Origin: Octopus sinensis
Lineage: Eukaryota
Reading direction: 5' to 3'
Assembly: GCF_006345805.1 (NCBI RefSeq)
Contig: NC_043020.1
Location: 806,001-870,000, forward strand
Length of the DNA stretch: 64,000 bases
The notes under the pieces: generated by a model
Told to the model about the DNA's origin: nothing
The model's input: the letters and a program-made list of their open reading frames with translations, nothing else
Databases searched by the model: none
In this document: piece after piece, positions 37,849 through 51,355 of the stretch
How positions within the stretch are numbered: position 1 is the stretch's first letter
Layout of the letters: every line of letters begins with the position of its first letter
Program-made: the position numbers and the translations under genes

Positions 37849-38404
37849 TATATCTGTAAATGTAATATGTGACAATTATTTGGTAGCCATGATAAAACTC
37901 CGAGTTTCAGATGTCAGAGCGGAAACCCACACCGGCATCTCTTCAGTTATTCGGCCATCAAAAAGATGCTATGAAAAGGAGGTCATTTCGTTATTTACAG
38001 CTGAATGAACTAAATCAATGTGAAATGAAGAGTTTTGCTCAAGAACTCAATGCACTGCCATGTCTGGAAATTGAAACCCTGATCTTGCAATCTTGAGTAC
38101 AACACCTTTACTACCAGGATGCTTATATGCCGACTCAAAATAAATAGGGTAACGAAAGGGTTAAGGTATAAAACTATTTTGGTCAACTTTCAGTTGTGGG
38201 AATAGTACATTCTATCACTCTACATGTTTTAGGAAAGGCATGAACATCCTCACACTTCCTTGTTTGTTTCAATTCCTTTGAAAATCAACTCTGAAATGAG
38301 ATTGTCATTATTCCTACGGTTTTTCTATAAAATAAACCAAGATTGTCTCTATTCCTCCTGAGTTCCATTCTTGCTGGAACCATTTTCCATTGTCCCTCTT
38401 CCTA

Positions 38405-38413
38405 CCTTCCACA

Positions 38414-38471
<58 letters not shown>

Positions 38472-38980
38472 ACACGCACACACACTAGTGTAGTAGAAAT
38501 AGCTACCAATGCAACAATTGATTTATCAATTATACTCTCTCTCTTTACAAAGTTAGCTCTGAGTCTAGCAAAAGTGGATTCTTTTTCCTCTTCTACAATT
38601 ATCATCATCATCATCACCATCATCATCATCCTCATCATCAATGTCATTGCTGTCATCCTCCTCCTCCTCCTCCTCCTCATCATCATCATCATCCCCTTCG
38701 TCATCAACCATCATCGTCATCGTTGTCCCCATCGTTATCAGCATCACCACCTTCCTCCCCACCACCGCCGTCAGCATCTTTCGCTATCATTATCACCATC
38801 AGCAATATCATCACTACCACTACCACCCCATCGTCACCACCATCGTTAGTATCACCATCAACATCCTCATCATCATCATCATTATCAACATCTCCACCAT
38901 CACCACCGCCAATGTCTTCATCATCATTATCACCATCATCAACATCATGACCACCACCACCACCACCACCGCTACCACTA
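38405..38980 (+). repeat. (CA)n plus (CAT/CAC/CCT)n low-complexity tract
   Basis: Directly visible. Confidence 0.9.
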
Positions 38981-39890
38981 TTCAAAGCGTAGTATTGTAT
39001 GCTTTTCTTCTCCATGTGCTTCCAGTACACAACGGTTGTTCATATTTTGTTATCTTTGTTGTTGATGTTGTTGTTGTTTTTTGCTTTTTTTCTTTCTATC
39101 TTCCTTTCATCTTCCTTTGAAGTTGATAAAATAAATACCAAAAATTGATGTAGATGAACCGAATTGATTATTGTGTTTTCTGCATTACTAAAGGGGGGGG
39201 GGCTTACCGTTGTCTCAGAACCTATTATTGTATTCCATTGTGTCATCACCACCATCACCATCAGCACCCTCCTCATCACCAGTACCACCACCAATAATCC
39301 AATCATCACCATCATCACCACCACAACTACCACCATTGTTATTATTATTATTATTATTGTTATTGTTATTATTGTTATTGTTATTGCTATTAGAATACTT
39401 GCTATGGATTATTTAGTACTAATACACCATCGAGAGACCAAAACCATTATTTTACGACAGCTAATTTGCTTCTCATACTGTTCTGAGTTACTAATCCTTC
39501 TTTGATCAAGTTTACCCACTGCTCTGGAGTGGATAAGATTAAGTAGCGAGGTAGCGAGGTGGTAGCGGTAATTTGAGTTTGATTCGATTGTCTGTGTTGT
39601 AGCATGGCCAGAAAGAATCGATTATTTTTTAAGGAGAAGGAGATTTTTTTGTTTTGTTTTTTGTTTTTTTCAGTCATTGGACTGCAGCCATGCTGGGCCA
39701 CCACCATGAAGGGTTCTGATCGAACAAATCGGCCCCAGTACATATTTCTTTTAAAGTCTGCTTTTTATTCTGTCGGTCACTTTCATCAAACTACTAAGTT
39801 ATGGGGATGTAAACAAACCAACACTGGTTGTCAGTTGGTGGTTGCAAGGGGACACGCATGCATATATATAGTGGGCTTCTTTCAGTTTCT

Positions 39891-40098
39891 TATTTCTTTA
39901 CTGCCCACAAGGGGCTAAACATAGAGGGGACAAACAAGGATAGACACACGAATTAAGTCGATTACATTGATCCCAGTGCGTAACTGGTACTTATTTAATC
40001 GACCCCGAAAGGATGAAAGGCAAAGTCGACTTCGGCAGAATTTGAACTCAGAACATAGCAGCAGACGTGCTAACGTTTTTGCCAGCTCGCCATCTTAA
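39891..40098 (-). mobile_element. SINE family B monomer nested in a family A SINE (~39670-40200)
   Basis: agtttct occurs at 39884-39890 and 40099-40105 on either side. Confidence 0.8.
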
Positions 40099-41144
40099 AG
40101 TTTCTATCTATCAGATCCACTCTCAAGGCTTTGGTCAACTTGGGTTTATTGTAGAAGACACTTGCCAAGGTTGCCATGCAGTGGGACTGATCCTGAAACC
40201 AATAATTCAGCTCTCAGTAAATTTAAAATTTTGTAATAATTCAGTTTAAATTTTGCAACAAAACAACTCTGCTTATAGCCCTCTTGTGGAGGTGCATGGC
40301 TTAGTGGATAGAGTGTTGGACTCATGATTATAAGATTGTGGTTTTGATTCCAGGTGATGCATTGGGTTATTGAGCAAAACCCTTCATTTCACATTACTTC
40401 AGTCCACACTGCTGGTAAAAATGAGTAATCCAGCAACAGACTAGCATCCTGTCCAAAGAGGAATTTACACATCAGAGAAACTGGAAAACCAGCCGTTATG
40501 AAATGTTGTGAACTAAACCTTCTTTTGTAGTCTGTGTGTAGCTTTAACCATTTTGATACGAATCTACCTCTGATTATTATTTCTTTATTGCCCACAAGGG
40601 GCTAAACGCAGAGGGGACAAACAAGGACGAACAAAGGGATTAAGTCGATTACATCGACCCCAGTCTATATGAGAAGGTTCTCACAAGGTAAACAACACAG
40701 TATTCAGTGCTGTAACACAAAATCCTTGCTTGCTTACAGACTGTTAGTCAGCCTTTGTTTCCTAAATTCTGAGTAATATATAAAGCTTTCCTTTCGTAAA
40801 TCCCGAGTTACTAAATCGGGAATGTTTATCTGTATGATGCATGGATGCCAAGGGAATAAATCCTATGTATCATATGCGATACACAGGGCAGTGGAAGGGT
40901 TAATAATGACAGCATTATTTAACTAAATCCATCATTATCATTTCCAGAATTATCTGAAACAAAGGCAGTATATTTCAACAGAAATATGGTAACAGAAGCA
41001 TTAATGGATTTGAAACTTTTGAGCAAGAGATAATCAGCGATGCTTTCATTATCATCGTTGTTGTTGTTGTTGTTTTTTATTGTTACTTTTCCCATGCTGG
41101 TATGTGAATGATTTGGAGGAGGCGTTTTGAATTAATATTCTACA

Positions 41145-41748
41145 TAGGTGTAGGCGTGGCTGTGTGGTAAGTAGCTTGCTTACCAACCACATGGTTCCGG
41201 GTTCAGTCCCACTGCATGGCACCTTAGGCAAGTGTCTTCTACTATAGCCTTGGGCCGACCAAAGCCTTGTGAGTGGATTTGGTTGACGGAAACTGAAAGA
41301 AGCCCATCGTATATATATATATATATTTATATTTATGTATGTGTGTGTGTATTTTGTTTGTGTGTCTGTGCCCCCCCCCCCCAACATTGCTTGACAACCG
41401 ATGCTGGTGTGTTTACGTACCCGTAACTTAGCGGTTTGGCAAAGGAGATCGATAGAATAAGTACTAGGCTTACAAAGTATAAGTCCTGGGGTCAACTTGC
41501 TCGACTAAAGGCGGTGCTCAGCATGTGCCGGTGGTATGTGAAAAACAATATTCAAGCAAGGGCATTGCCAGTGCCACTCGACTGGCTCCTGTGCAGGTGG
41601 CACGTAAAAACACCATTTGAGCATGGTTGTTGCTGTAGAAACTCTGCCAGATCAGATTGGAGCCTGGTGCAGCCATCTAGCTCACCAGTCTCCAGTCAAA
41701 CTGTCCAACCCATGCCAGCATGGAAAGCGGACGTTAAATGATGATGAT
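41145..41748 (+). mobile_element. Family A SINE (41145-~41525) fused directly to a family C SINE (~41526-41748)
   Basis: The family A sequence stops at ggtgctcagcatg and continues as tgccggtggtatgtgaaaaac...ccaacccatgccagcatggaaagcggacgttaaatgatgatg. Confidence 0.75.
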
Positions 41749-42606
41749 TAGACTGTGGCCATGCTGGGGCACCACTTTTATGAATTTTTCCAATCAAATA
41801 ATTGAGCCTAGTACTTTTTTTTTTAAGCTTACTTCATGCTCTTGATAAATGAGGCTCTGGGCCATCCCAGGTTAGCGATCTCAGAGGTGTCATCATTGCA
41901 TAGAGCTGACCAGGTCCACCAGTGCTCTCTGTCACTGACAGCCTTGTGCCAGCCCCTATACATCCTCCAAGGTAACATTGGGCTTCTGGAGGTCTTCCCC
42001 TGTCATGTCCAGCCATCTTGTGCTGGGCTTTGTAGTTATGGTGGAAAACACTTGTCCAATATGCTGCTCAATGGGATTGAACCTGAAACCATGTGGTTAG
42101 AAAGCAAGCTTCTTACCACACATCCACGCTTGTGCCTATTCGTTCACATTGATTTGAATTAATCATGGCTTATCTCATAGCTTCGAGATTCTGACAATGT
42201 GTTTGTCCCCTTTTAAGAATGACATTGTAGGGTATGTGTGAAAGGCCTGATCAGGCCGTTTTGAGCATAAAACAGGTAAAAAAAATATTTGGGTCCAGGT
42301 ATGGTTTGGCTGAAATGCTAGGGAGTTTAAATAGCACCGATCTCACCTATGTTGGGAGGGGCTTTGCAGGGCTACCCCCCCCCCACACACACACATAAGT
42401 GAGATTGATATCATTTAAAATACCCCTTTTATCAGGACCTAGTGTAAAAAAAAAAGCTTCCTTCCTCATCTATCATTACTACATTGCTACATCTCCTCCT
42501 CCTCCTCTTTCCCCTCCTCCTCCTCTTCCATCTTTTTCAGCTATCATTGCTGTATCACCTCTTCTTCCCCAGTTCTAAAAATGATAAAGATATTAAACTA
42601 CAGTAC

Positions 42607-42970
42607 TGGTGGTGGTAGCGGTGGTGGTGGTGGTGATGGTGATGATGGTGGTGGTGGTGGTGGCAGTGATGATGATGATGATGGTGATAATGATGGTGGT
42701 GGTGGTGGCAGTGATGATGGTGGTGGTGTGGTGGCAGTGATGATGGTGGTGGTGGTGGTGGCGGTAATGATGGTGGTGGTAGTGGTGGTGGCAGTGATGA
42801 TGATGATGGTGATAATGATGGTGGTGGTGGTGGTGGTGGTGGCAGTGATGGTGATAATGATGGTGATGGTGGTGGTGGTGATGGTGGTGGTGGTGATGGT
42901 GGTGGTGGTGGTGGTGGCAGCAGTGGTGATAATGATGGTGGTGGTGGTGATGGTGGTGGTGGTGGTGGTT
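42607..42970 (+). repeat. (GGT/GAT)n trinucleotide tract
   Basis: Directly visible. Confidence 0.95.
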
Positions 42971-43149
42971 AGTTTCTTCCTTTTCTGGTATCTGCTCTAC
43001 CGCCTCGGCTTCTCCACGTTTTCTCGCTATTTTAGATAATTTCCAGCTATTAATTAAATGCTCTTTGTTTAATTTTAATTAATGGTTAGAAATATTTTGT
43101 ATAAATTTGAACATTTCTGAGGTGGCTTTCTTTGATTAACTCTTTTGCG

Positions 43150-45350
43150 TGCGTGCGTGTGTGTAGGGGGGGTGATGTGGGTGTGTATGTGTGTGGTGGG
43201 GGCGAGGTGGGGGTGTATGTGTGGTGGGGGCGAGGTGGGGGTGTATGTGTGTGGTGGGGGCGAGGTGGGTGTAGTGTGTGGTGGGGGCGAGGTGGGGGTG
43301 TATGTGTGTGGTGGGGGCGAGGTGGGGGTGTATGTGTGTGGTGGGGGCGAGGTGGGGGTGTATGTGTGGTGGGGGCGAGGTGGGGGTGTATGTGTGTGGT
43401 GGGGGCGAGGTGGGGGTGTATGTGTGTGGTGTGGGTTGTGTATGTGTGTGTGGGGGCGAGGTGGGGGTGTATGTGTGTGTGGTGGGGGCGAGGTGGGGGT
43501 GTATGTGTGTGTGGTGTGGGTGTGTATGTGTGTGGTGGGGGCGAGGTGGGGGTGTATGTGTGGTGGGGGCGAGGTGGGGGTGTATGTGTGTGTGTGTGTG
43601 TGGGTGTGTATGTGTGTGGTGGGGGTGTGTATGTGTGTGTGGGGGCGAGGTGTGGGTTGTGTGTGGGTGTGTGGGTGGGGGCGAGGTGGGGGTGTATGTG
43701 TGTGGGTGTGTATATGTGTGTGTGTGGTGGGGTCGTGATGTAGGTGTGTATGTGTGTGGTGGGGGCGAGGTGGGGGTGTATGTGTGTGGTGTGGGTGTGT
43801 ATATGTGTGTGTGGGGGCGAGGTGTGGGTGTGTGTGTGGGTGTGTGGTGGGGGCGAGGTGTGGGTGTGTACATGTGGGTGTGTATATGTGTGTGTGTGGT
43901 GGGGGCGTGATGTGGGTGTGTATGTGTGTGGTGGGGGCGAGGTGGGGTGTGTATGTGTGTGGTGTGGTGTGTATGTGTGTGGTGGTGGTGGGGGCGAGGT
44001 GTGTGTGGTGTGGTGGTGGGGGCGAGGTGTGGGTGTGTACATGTGGGTGTGTATATGTGTGTGTGTGTGGTGGGGGCGTGATGTGGGTGTGTATGTGTGT
44101 GGTGGGGGCGAGGTGTGGGTGTATGTGTGTGGTGTGGGTGTGTATGTGTGTGGTGGGGGTGTGTATGTGTGTGTGGGGGCGAGGTGTGTGTGGGTGTGTG
44201 GTGGGGGCGAGGTGTGGGTGTGTACATGTGGGTGTGTATATGTGTGTGTGTGGTGGGGGCGTGATGTGGGTGTGTATATGTGTGTGTGGGGGCGAGGTGT
44301 GGGTGTGTACATGTGGGTGTGTATATGTGTGTGTGGGGGCGAGGTGGGGTGTGTATGTGTGTGGTGGGGGCGAGGTGGGGGTGTATGTGTGGTGGGGGTG
44401 TATGTGTGTGTGTGTGTGTGGGTGTGTGGTGGGGGCGAGGTGTGTGTGTGGGTGTGTGGTGGGGGTGTGTATGTGTGGTGGGGGCGAGGTGTGGGTGTGT
44501 GTGTGGGTGTGTGGTGGGGGCGAGGTGTGGGTGTGTACATGTGGGTGTGTATATGTGTGTGTGGGGGCGAGGTGTGGGTGTGTGTGTGGGTGTGTGGTGG
44601 GGGTGTGTATGTGTGTGTGTGTGTGGGGGCGAGGTGGGGGTGTATGTGTGTGGTGTGGGTGTGTATGTGTGGTGGGGGCGAGGTGTGGGTGTGTGTGTGG
44701 TGTGGTGGGGGCGAGGTGTGGGTGTTGTGTGTGGTGTGGGTGTGTATATGTGTGTGTGTGGTGGGGTCGTGATGTGGGTGTGTATGTGTGTGGGTGTGTG
44801 GTGGGGGCGAGGTGGGGTGTGTATGTGTGTGTGGTGGGGGTGTGTATGTGTGTGGTGGGGGCGAGGTGTGTGTGTGGGTGTGTGGTGGGGGCGAGGTGTG
44901 GGTTGTGTACATGTGGGTGTGTATATGTGTGTGTGTGGTGGGGGCGTGATGTGGGTGTGTATGTGTGTGGTGGGGGCGAGGTGGGGGTGTATGTGTGTGT
45001 GGGTGTGTGTGTATGTGTGTGGTGGGGGCGAGTTGTGGGTGTGTATATGTGTGTGTGGGGGTGTGGGTATGTGTGTGGTGGGGGCGAGGTGTGTGTGTGG
45101 GTGTGTGGTGGGGGCGAGGTGTGGGTGTGTACATGTGGGTGTGTATATGTGTGTGTATGTGTGTGGTGGGGGCGTGATGTGGGTGTGTATGTGTGTGTGT
45201 TGTGTGTGTGGTGGGGGCGAGTTGTGGGTGTTGTATGTGTGTGTGTGTGTGGTGGGGGCGTGATGTGGGTGTGTATGTGTGTGGTGGGGGCGAGTTGTGG
45301 GTGTGTATATGTGTGTGTATGTGTGGTGGGGGCGTGATGTGGGTGTGTAG
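43150..45350 (+). repeat. ~2.2-kb G/T-rich minisatellite (core gtggtgggggcgaggtg(g/t)gggtgtatgtgt, ~25-35 bp)
   Basis: Dozens of GGGGGCGAGG cores are separated by (GT)n linkers. Confidence 0.95.
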
Positions 45351-45869
45351 GTGTGTGGGTGTGTATATATATTTAGGGTGTTTGGTTTGTATGCGTAGAG
45401 TGTCCTCCTTTTAGGGTGTCTTAATGCTGGGTGTGTGGATGTGTGTAGGTGTGGGTGTGTGTAGGTGTTGTGTGTGTGGGGGCGGTGCATCTATTGAAAG
45501 TATTTGTGCGTGTGTGTATCTGCATTGAATGGATGTGGGTGTGCGTGTGTTGGCTGTGTAGAGTGTGGGTGTGTCTGTGTGTGTGCATGTGTACCTCTTT
45601 GCTGGATGATTTCGAGTGTGTGTGTGTGTATGTGTGTGCAAGCGTGTGCATGTGTATGAAGGGTGTCTATGTAGTTGAGTGTGTGTGTATATGTGTATCT
45701 GTGTCAAATGGATTTCTGCGTGTATGCATGTGTGTCTCCGTTGACACACACTTGAGTGTACATGCACATGTATCTGCGTTGAATGGATAGGAGTGTGTAT
45801 GTGTGGTTAGGTTTGTGTGTGTGTGTGTGCGTATGTGTGCGTTTGAAGGGTGTCTATGTGATTGAGAGA

Positions 45870-46325
45870 GTATGTGTGCACACTCATGTGTGTGTGTGTG
45901 TTGGCTATATTTAAGTGTGTGCGTGTATTTCTGTATTCGGGGGATGGAGTTTAAGTGTGTGTGTATGTATGTGTATGTATGTGTGTGTTTGTGTGTTTCT
46001 GTATTCAGAGGATGGAGTATAAGTGCGTGTGTGTATGTATGTATGTGTGTGTGTGTGTGTGTGTTGGCTGTATTTAAGCGTGTGTATTTCTGCATTGACA
46101 GGATGGAGTATAACTGTGTGTGTGTATGTATGTATGTATGTGTGTGTGTGTGTGTGTGTGTTGGCTATATTTAAGCGTGTGTATTTCCGTATCCAGGTGA
46201 TGGAGTATAAGTGTGTGTGTGTGTGTGCATGCGTGTGTGTGTGTGTGTGTGTGTTGGCTATATTTAAGCGTGTGTATTTCCGTATCCAGGTGATGGAGTA
46301 TAAGTGTGTGTGTGTGTGTGTGTGC
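45870..46325 (+). repeat. Minisatellite of ~70-100-bp units with embedded (GT)n
   Basis: gttggctatatttaagcgtgtgtatttc...gatggagtataagtg recurs near 45900, 46062, 46160 and 46253. Confidence 0.85.
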
Positions 46326-47149
46326 AACTTATATATCTCTGTATATCTGTTGTTTGCATTCCAGTATACGTTTAGTGGATTTTCATGTTTGATTCAATAT
46401 TTGTCCACATTTTGTGTATGTATATATGTATGTGCATGGGTATTTGCATGCATGCAAGCGAGTGTCTCTGTGCTGATGTGTTTGTGTGCATTATTACCAT
46501 GTGGTATACATGTGAACATCTCTGTTTACACGACTCCATGTCGCTTTCATTATGCTGCTTTTTATTTTTGTGGGGGGTTTTTTTTGCTGCCCCCTTTATT
46601 TTTTATTTTATTTTCCTCACTAATCCATCAGCTGTGTTCGGTATTAGTTGAGCTAAATTACTGTAATAGCCCGACACCAATAAATTCTTTTTGAGCTTGG
46701 CGGATTTGCCTGTTATTAAACAAATCAAGGAGAGCAAAAAAAAATGCCGGTGCTTCATGAACAAAAAAAATAATAAACACATTTAAGATGTAAAATGAAA
46801 GAGAGAGAGCAAACGGGAGGAAGAAGAAGGAGAGAGGGGGATGTATGTCCCTTGGAGTGCATCTGTGGTTAAGTCACTGCCTTTGTACTACAAGGAAAAC
46901 ACAAATAGCGTTAATAGAATTATAGGAGGGAAGGATGAAGGTGAGAGAATAAGACGGAGGGGTTGAGGTATGGAATTAAAAAGCAGAGGAAAATGCACAG
47001 TTTTTTCCTCCTGGTTAGCGGTTGGTGACCAATGTAAATTATAATTCACCAAAAGATGTCTTTTAATATTAGTTCTTTTCATCGTCGTCCACTGACTGGA
47101 ATTACAAATCTAGACTAAGTGATGAATTAGCCCCTTTGGTAGTCATATT

Positions 47150-47960
47150 CTTGGTGGCAGCAACAGCACCAGCAGCAGCAGCAGCGGTGGTGCTGGTGGT
47201 GGTGGTGGTGGTAGTTGCTGTGGCATTGTGATGGTGGTGGTAGTGGTGGTGGTTGCTGATGTGGTGGTGATCGTTGTGGTGATAGTTGACGTTGTGGCAA
47301 TCATGGTGGTGGTTGTGGTGTTGGTGGTGGTGGTGGTGATGCTGGTAGTTGATGTGACAGTGTGATGACGGTGGTTGTAGTGGTGGTGGTTGCTGATGTG
47401 GTGGTGATCGTTGTGGTGATAGTTGACGTTGTGGCAATCATGGTGGTGGTTGTGGTGTTGGTGGTGGTGGTGGTGGTGATGCTGGTAGTTGATGTGACAG
47501 TGTGATGGCGGTGGTTGTAGTGGTGGTGATTGCTGATGTGGTGGTGATCGTTGTGGTGATAGTTGACGTTGTGGCAATGGTGGTGGTGGTTGTGGTGTTG
47601 GTGGTGGTGGTAGTGGTGGTGGTGGTGATGCTGGTAGTTGATGTGACAGTGTGATGGTGGTGATCGTTGTGGTGATAGTTGACGTTGTGGTAGTGGTGGC
47701 GGTGGTTGTGGTGGTGATGATGGTGATTGTTGTTGTGGTGGTGGGTGTGGTCATGCCGATGGTAATTGCAATGAGTGTTGTGGGTGATGTGGTGGTGTAG
47801 GTGATGGTTGGGGTTTGTTGGTGCTGCTGTTGGGTGGGGTTTGGTGGTGTTGTAGAGCTGGCATTGTGTTAGTGGTAGCACTTGTAATGGTGGTTGGTGT
47901 TGTGGTAGCTGGTGTCATTCTAGTAATAGTGGTGGTGGTGGTGGTGGTGGTGGTGGTGGT
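47150..47960 (+). repeat. (GGT/GTT)n tract with ~140-bp higher-order repeat
   Basis: gctggtagttgatgtgacagtgtgatg occurs at 47341, 47481 and 47630. Confidence 0.9.
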
Positions 47961-48074
47961 CGTGCTGGTGATTGATGTAGTTTTCCATTCTCTCTGAATG
48001 CTCAATTTCCAGTGTGTGTGTGTGTGTACGTATATAAGAGAGGATTATATCTTGGTGTGTGTATGTGCCTATAA

Positions 48075-48108
<34 letters not shown>

Positions 48109-48221
48109 GAGTATCTGTATGTTTCACAGACTGTTGGGAAAAAAACCTCAAAGTAATTGATTGAAATATATATGTATATATATACACACACACATATACA
48201 TACATACACATACATATATAC

Positions 48222-48269
<48 letters not shown>

Positions 48270-48333
48270 ATATATATAATATATTAATATATAATATATA
48301 TATGTGTATATGTATATGATATATATATATGTG

Positions 48334-48398
<65 letters not shown>

Positions 48399-48886
48399 TA
48401 TTATATATATATATATATGTTTTGGAATGTGCAATGCTAAGATGTGCATGTGGCATCTTGTGGTGTGTGTGTGTGTGTGTCTAGAATCTTTCAAGAATAT
48501 TGAAGGTAGAAGAGGTGTTAATTGCAATGGCGGTGGTGGTGGTGGGGAAACTGGGTTGCGCTCAACTTCAGTATTTTGCTGGTACCCAACTTTATTGGCC
48601 CTTTGAAGGGGTCAATAACAAAGTGAGCCGGTTCGGGCAACAACAACAACAACAATATTTTGACCGAGACACCATAACAGCATTGGCAGACCCCGCCACC
48701 CCCCCCCCTCTTACACTCTCTCTCTCCCTCTCTCTCTCTTGCCCTCCTCCCCCCTCACTCCCTTCAACCCCCTCGTGCCGCCATATTTACTAAGATTAAT
48801 ACTTCCAAGTAATTTCATGATAAAACATAGAGAGAGGAAAGGAAAACCAGAATAAAGGATGCCTGATGCTGTTCCGATCAAAGCGG

Positions 48887-48930
<44 letters not shown>

Positions 48931-49048
48931 GTGTTTGTGTGTGTGTGTGTGCGCGCGTTTGTATGTGTGTGGTGTGTGCGTGTGTGTGTAAAATATTATT
49001 TGTATATATGAATATATGAGTATATCTCTAAATATGTGCTGGTGTGTG

Positions 49049-49118
<70 letters not shown>

Positions 49119-49292
49119 CATATACATATATATGTGTATATTAGTATATGTTCATCTGTGTATGTATGTGTGTGTATGTAAATATATGGGTACATGTGTG
49201 AGTATTAATAAATATATAAGCTTGTGTGTATAAATATATATATGTGTGTATGTGTATACATATATATATATGTATATTAGTATATGATCATC

Positions 49293-49323
<31 letters not shown>

Positions 49324-50070
49324 TGTGTGTTTGTGTGTGTGTGTGTGTGCCGCGTGTATGGTGTGGTGTGTGTGCGTGTGTGTGTAAATATATATTTGTA
49401 TATATGAATATATGAGTATATCTCTAAATATGTGCTGGTGTGGTGTAAATATATTATATATATTATATATATATATATATATATAGATATAATATATATA
49501 AATATATAGTATGCATATACATATATATGTGGTATATTAGTATATGTTCATCTGTGTATGTAGTGTGTGTGTATGTAAATATATGGGTACAGTGTGTGAG
49601 TATTAATAAATATATAAGCTTGTGTGTATAAATATATATGTTGTGGTATGTGTATACATATATATATATGTATATTAGTATATGATCATCTGTGTATATG
49701 TGTGTGTGGTGTGTGTGTGTGTGTGTGTGTGTAAATGTATGGGTACATGTGTGAGTATTAATAAATACATGAGTGTGTGTGTGTAATATATATATATGTG
49801 TATGCGTATACATATATATATATATTTGTATATTAGTATATGTTCATCGGTATATGTATGTGTGTGTGTGTGTGTATGTAAATATATGGGTACATGTGTG
49901 AATATTAATAAATATACGAGCATGTGTGTGGGTAAATAGATATTTGTTTGTATATGAATACATGTGTACCTGAGTGTATGAATATGTATGTGTGTGACTG
50001 TGTTAAATGGGTATTTGTGTGTATTAATATAATATTTTTTTGCATTAATATATTTATATCTGAATGTATC

Positions 50071-50484
50071 TCTTTACTCTTTTACTCTTTTACTTGTTTC
50101 AGTCATTTGACTGCAGCCATGCTGGAGCACCGCCTTTAGTCGAGCAAATCGACCCCGGGACTTATTCTTTGTAAGCCCAGTACTTATTCTATCGGTCTCT
50201 TTTTGCCGAACCGCTAGTGACGGGAACGTAAACACACCAGCATCGGTTGTCAAGCAATGCTAGGGGGACACAAACGAACACAAAACAAACATACACACAC
50301 TTATATATATATACATATATACGACAGGCTTCTTTCAGTTTCCGTCTACCAAATCCACTCACAAGGCATTGGTCGGCCCGGGGCTATAGCAGAAGACACT
50401 TGCCCAAGATGCCACGCAGTGGGACTGAACCCGGAACCATGTGGTTGGTTAGCAAGCTACTTACAACACAGCCACTCCTGCGCC
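50071..50484 (-). mobile_element. SINE family A, full length
   Basis: The complete head and (gagtaaaa)n tail are present. Confidence 0.9.
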
Positions 50485-50859
50485 TATGAATATATGTGTT
50501 GTTTGTATGGAAAAATGGGTGTGTATGTGTGTAAATATATAATTGTGTGTGTATATAAATATGTGTATCTGAGTGTATGAATATATAAGAAGCTTGCTTC
50601 CCAACCACATTGTTCCAGGTTCAGTCCCACTACACAGCACCTTAGGCAAGTGTGTCTTCGATTATATCCCAGTACACATGTATTCATATACAAACAAATA
50701 TCTATTTACCCACACACACGCTCGTGTATTTATTAATACACACACATGTACCCATAAATTTACATACACACACACACACACATATATACACCGATGAACA
50801 TAACCTCTGTCTTCATCCCAATCTACTACCCTGACATTTTCTTAAGGGGTGGGTTGTAT

Positions 50860-51350
50860 TTGATTATGGGGCAATCTAATACTAGACTGGTACTTTATTT
50901 TATTGACCTCAAAGAAATGAAAGGCAAAGTTAACCTTGCCACGATTTTAATTCATGAACATCATAATAATAATAATTCTTTCTACTAAAAGCACAAAGCC
51001 TGAAATTTGGTGGGGGAGGGGACTAGTCGATTACATGAACCCCAGTGTTTCACTGGTACTTAATTTATTGACCCCCAAAAGGACGAAAGGCAAAGTCAAC
51101 CTTGGAAAAATTTGAACTCAGAACGTAGGGATAGGTGAAAAACAGCTCAGTGCTTCAACCAGCTTACTAACGATTCTGCCAGCTTGCCACCTTTAGAACA
51201 AAATACTGGTTTCTAATTTACACTCAAGGCCAGCAATTTTGAAGAAAAGGATTCGGTTAATGTCATTGACCCCCAGTATTTGGCTAGTACTTTATTTTAT
51301 CTACTCTGAAAGGATGAAAGGCATAGTTGGCTTTGGTATCATTTGAACTC
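50860..51350 (-). mobile_element. Cluster of family B-variant SINE pieces (different 3' part: aggcctgaaatttggggggagggg); similar at ~53140-53345 and ~53385-53600
   Basis: They share the aaaggatgaaaggcaaagtcaacc...atttgaactcagaac core and head with family B but have a different tail. Confidence 0.7.
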
Positions 51351-51355
51351 AAAAT

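Noticed and set aside
43086-45490. 682-784-aa ORFs on both strands
   Set aside because: They are translations of a G/T minisatellite that lacks stop codons. They are open in many frames, have H/T/P or V/C/G/W composition only, and show no domain.
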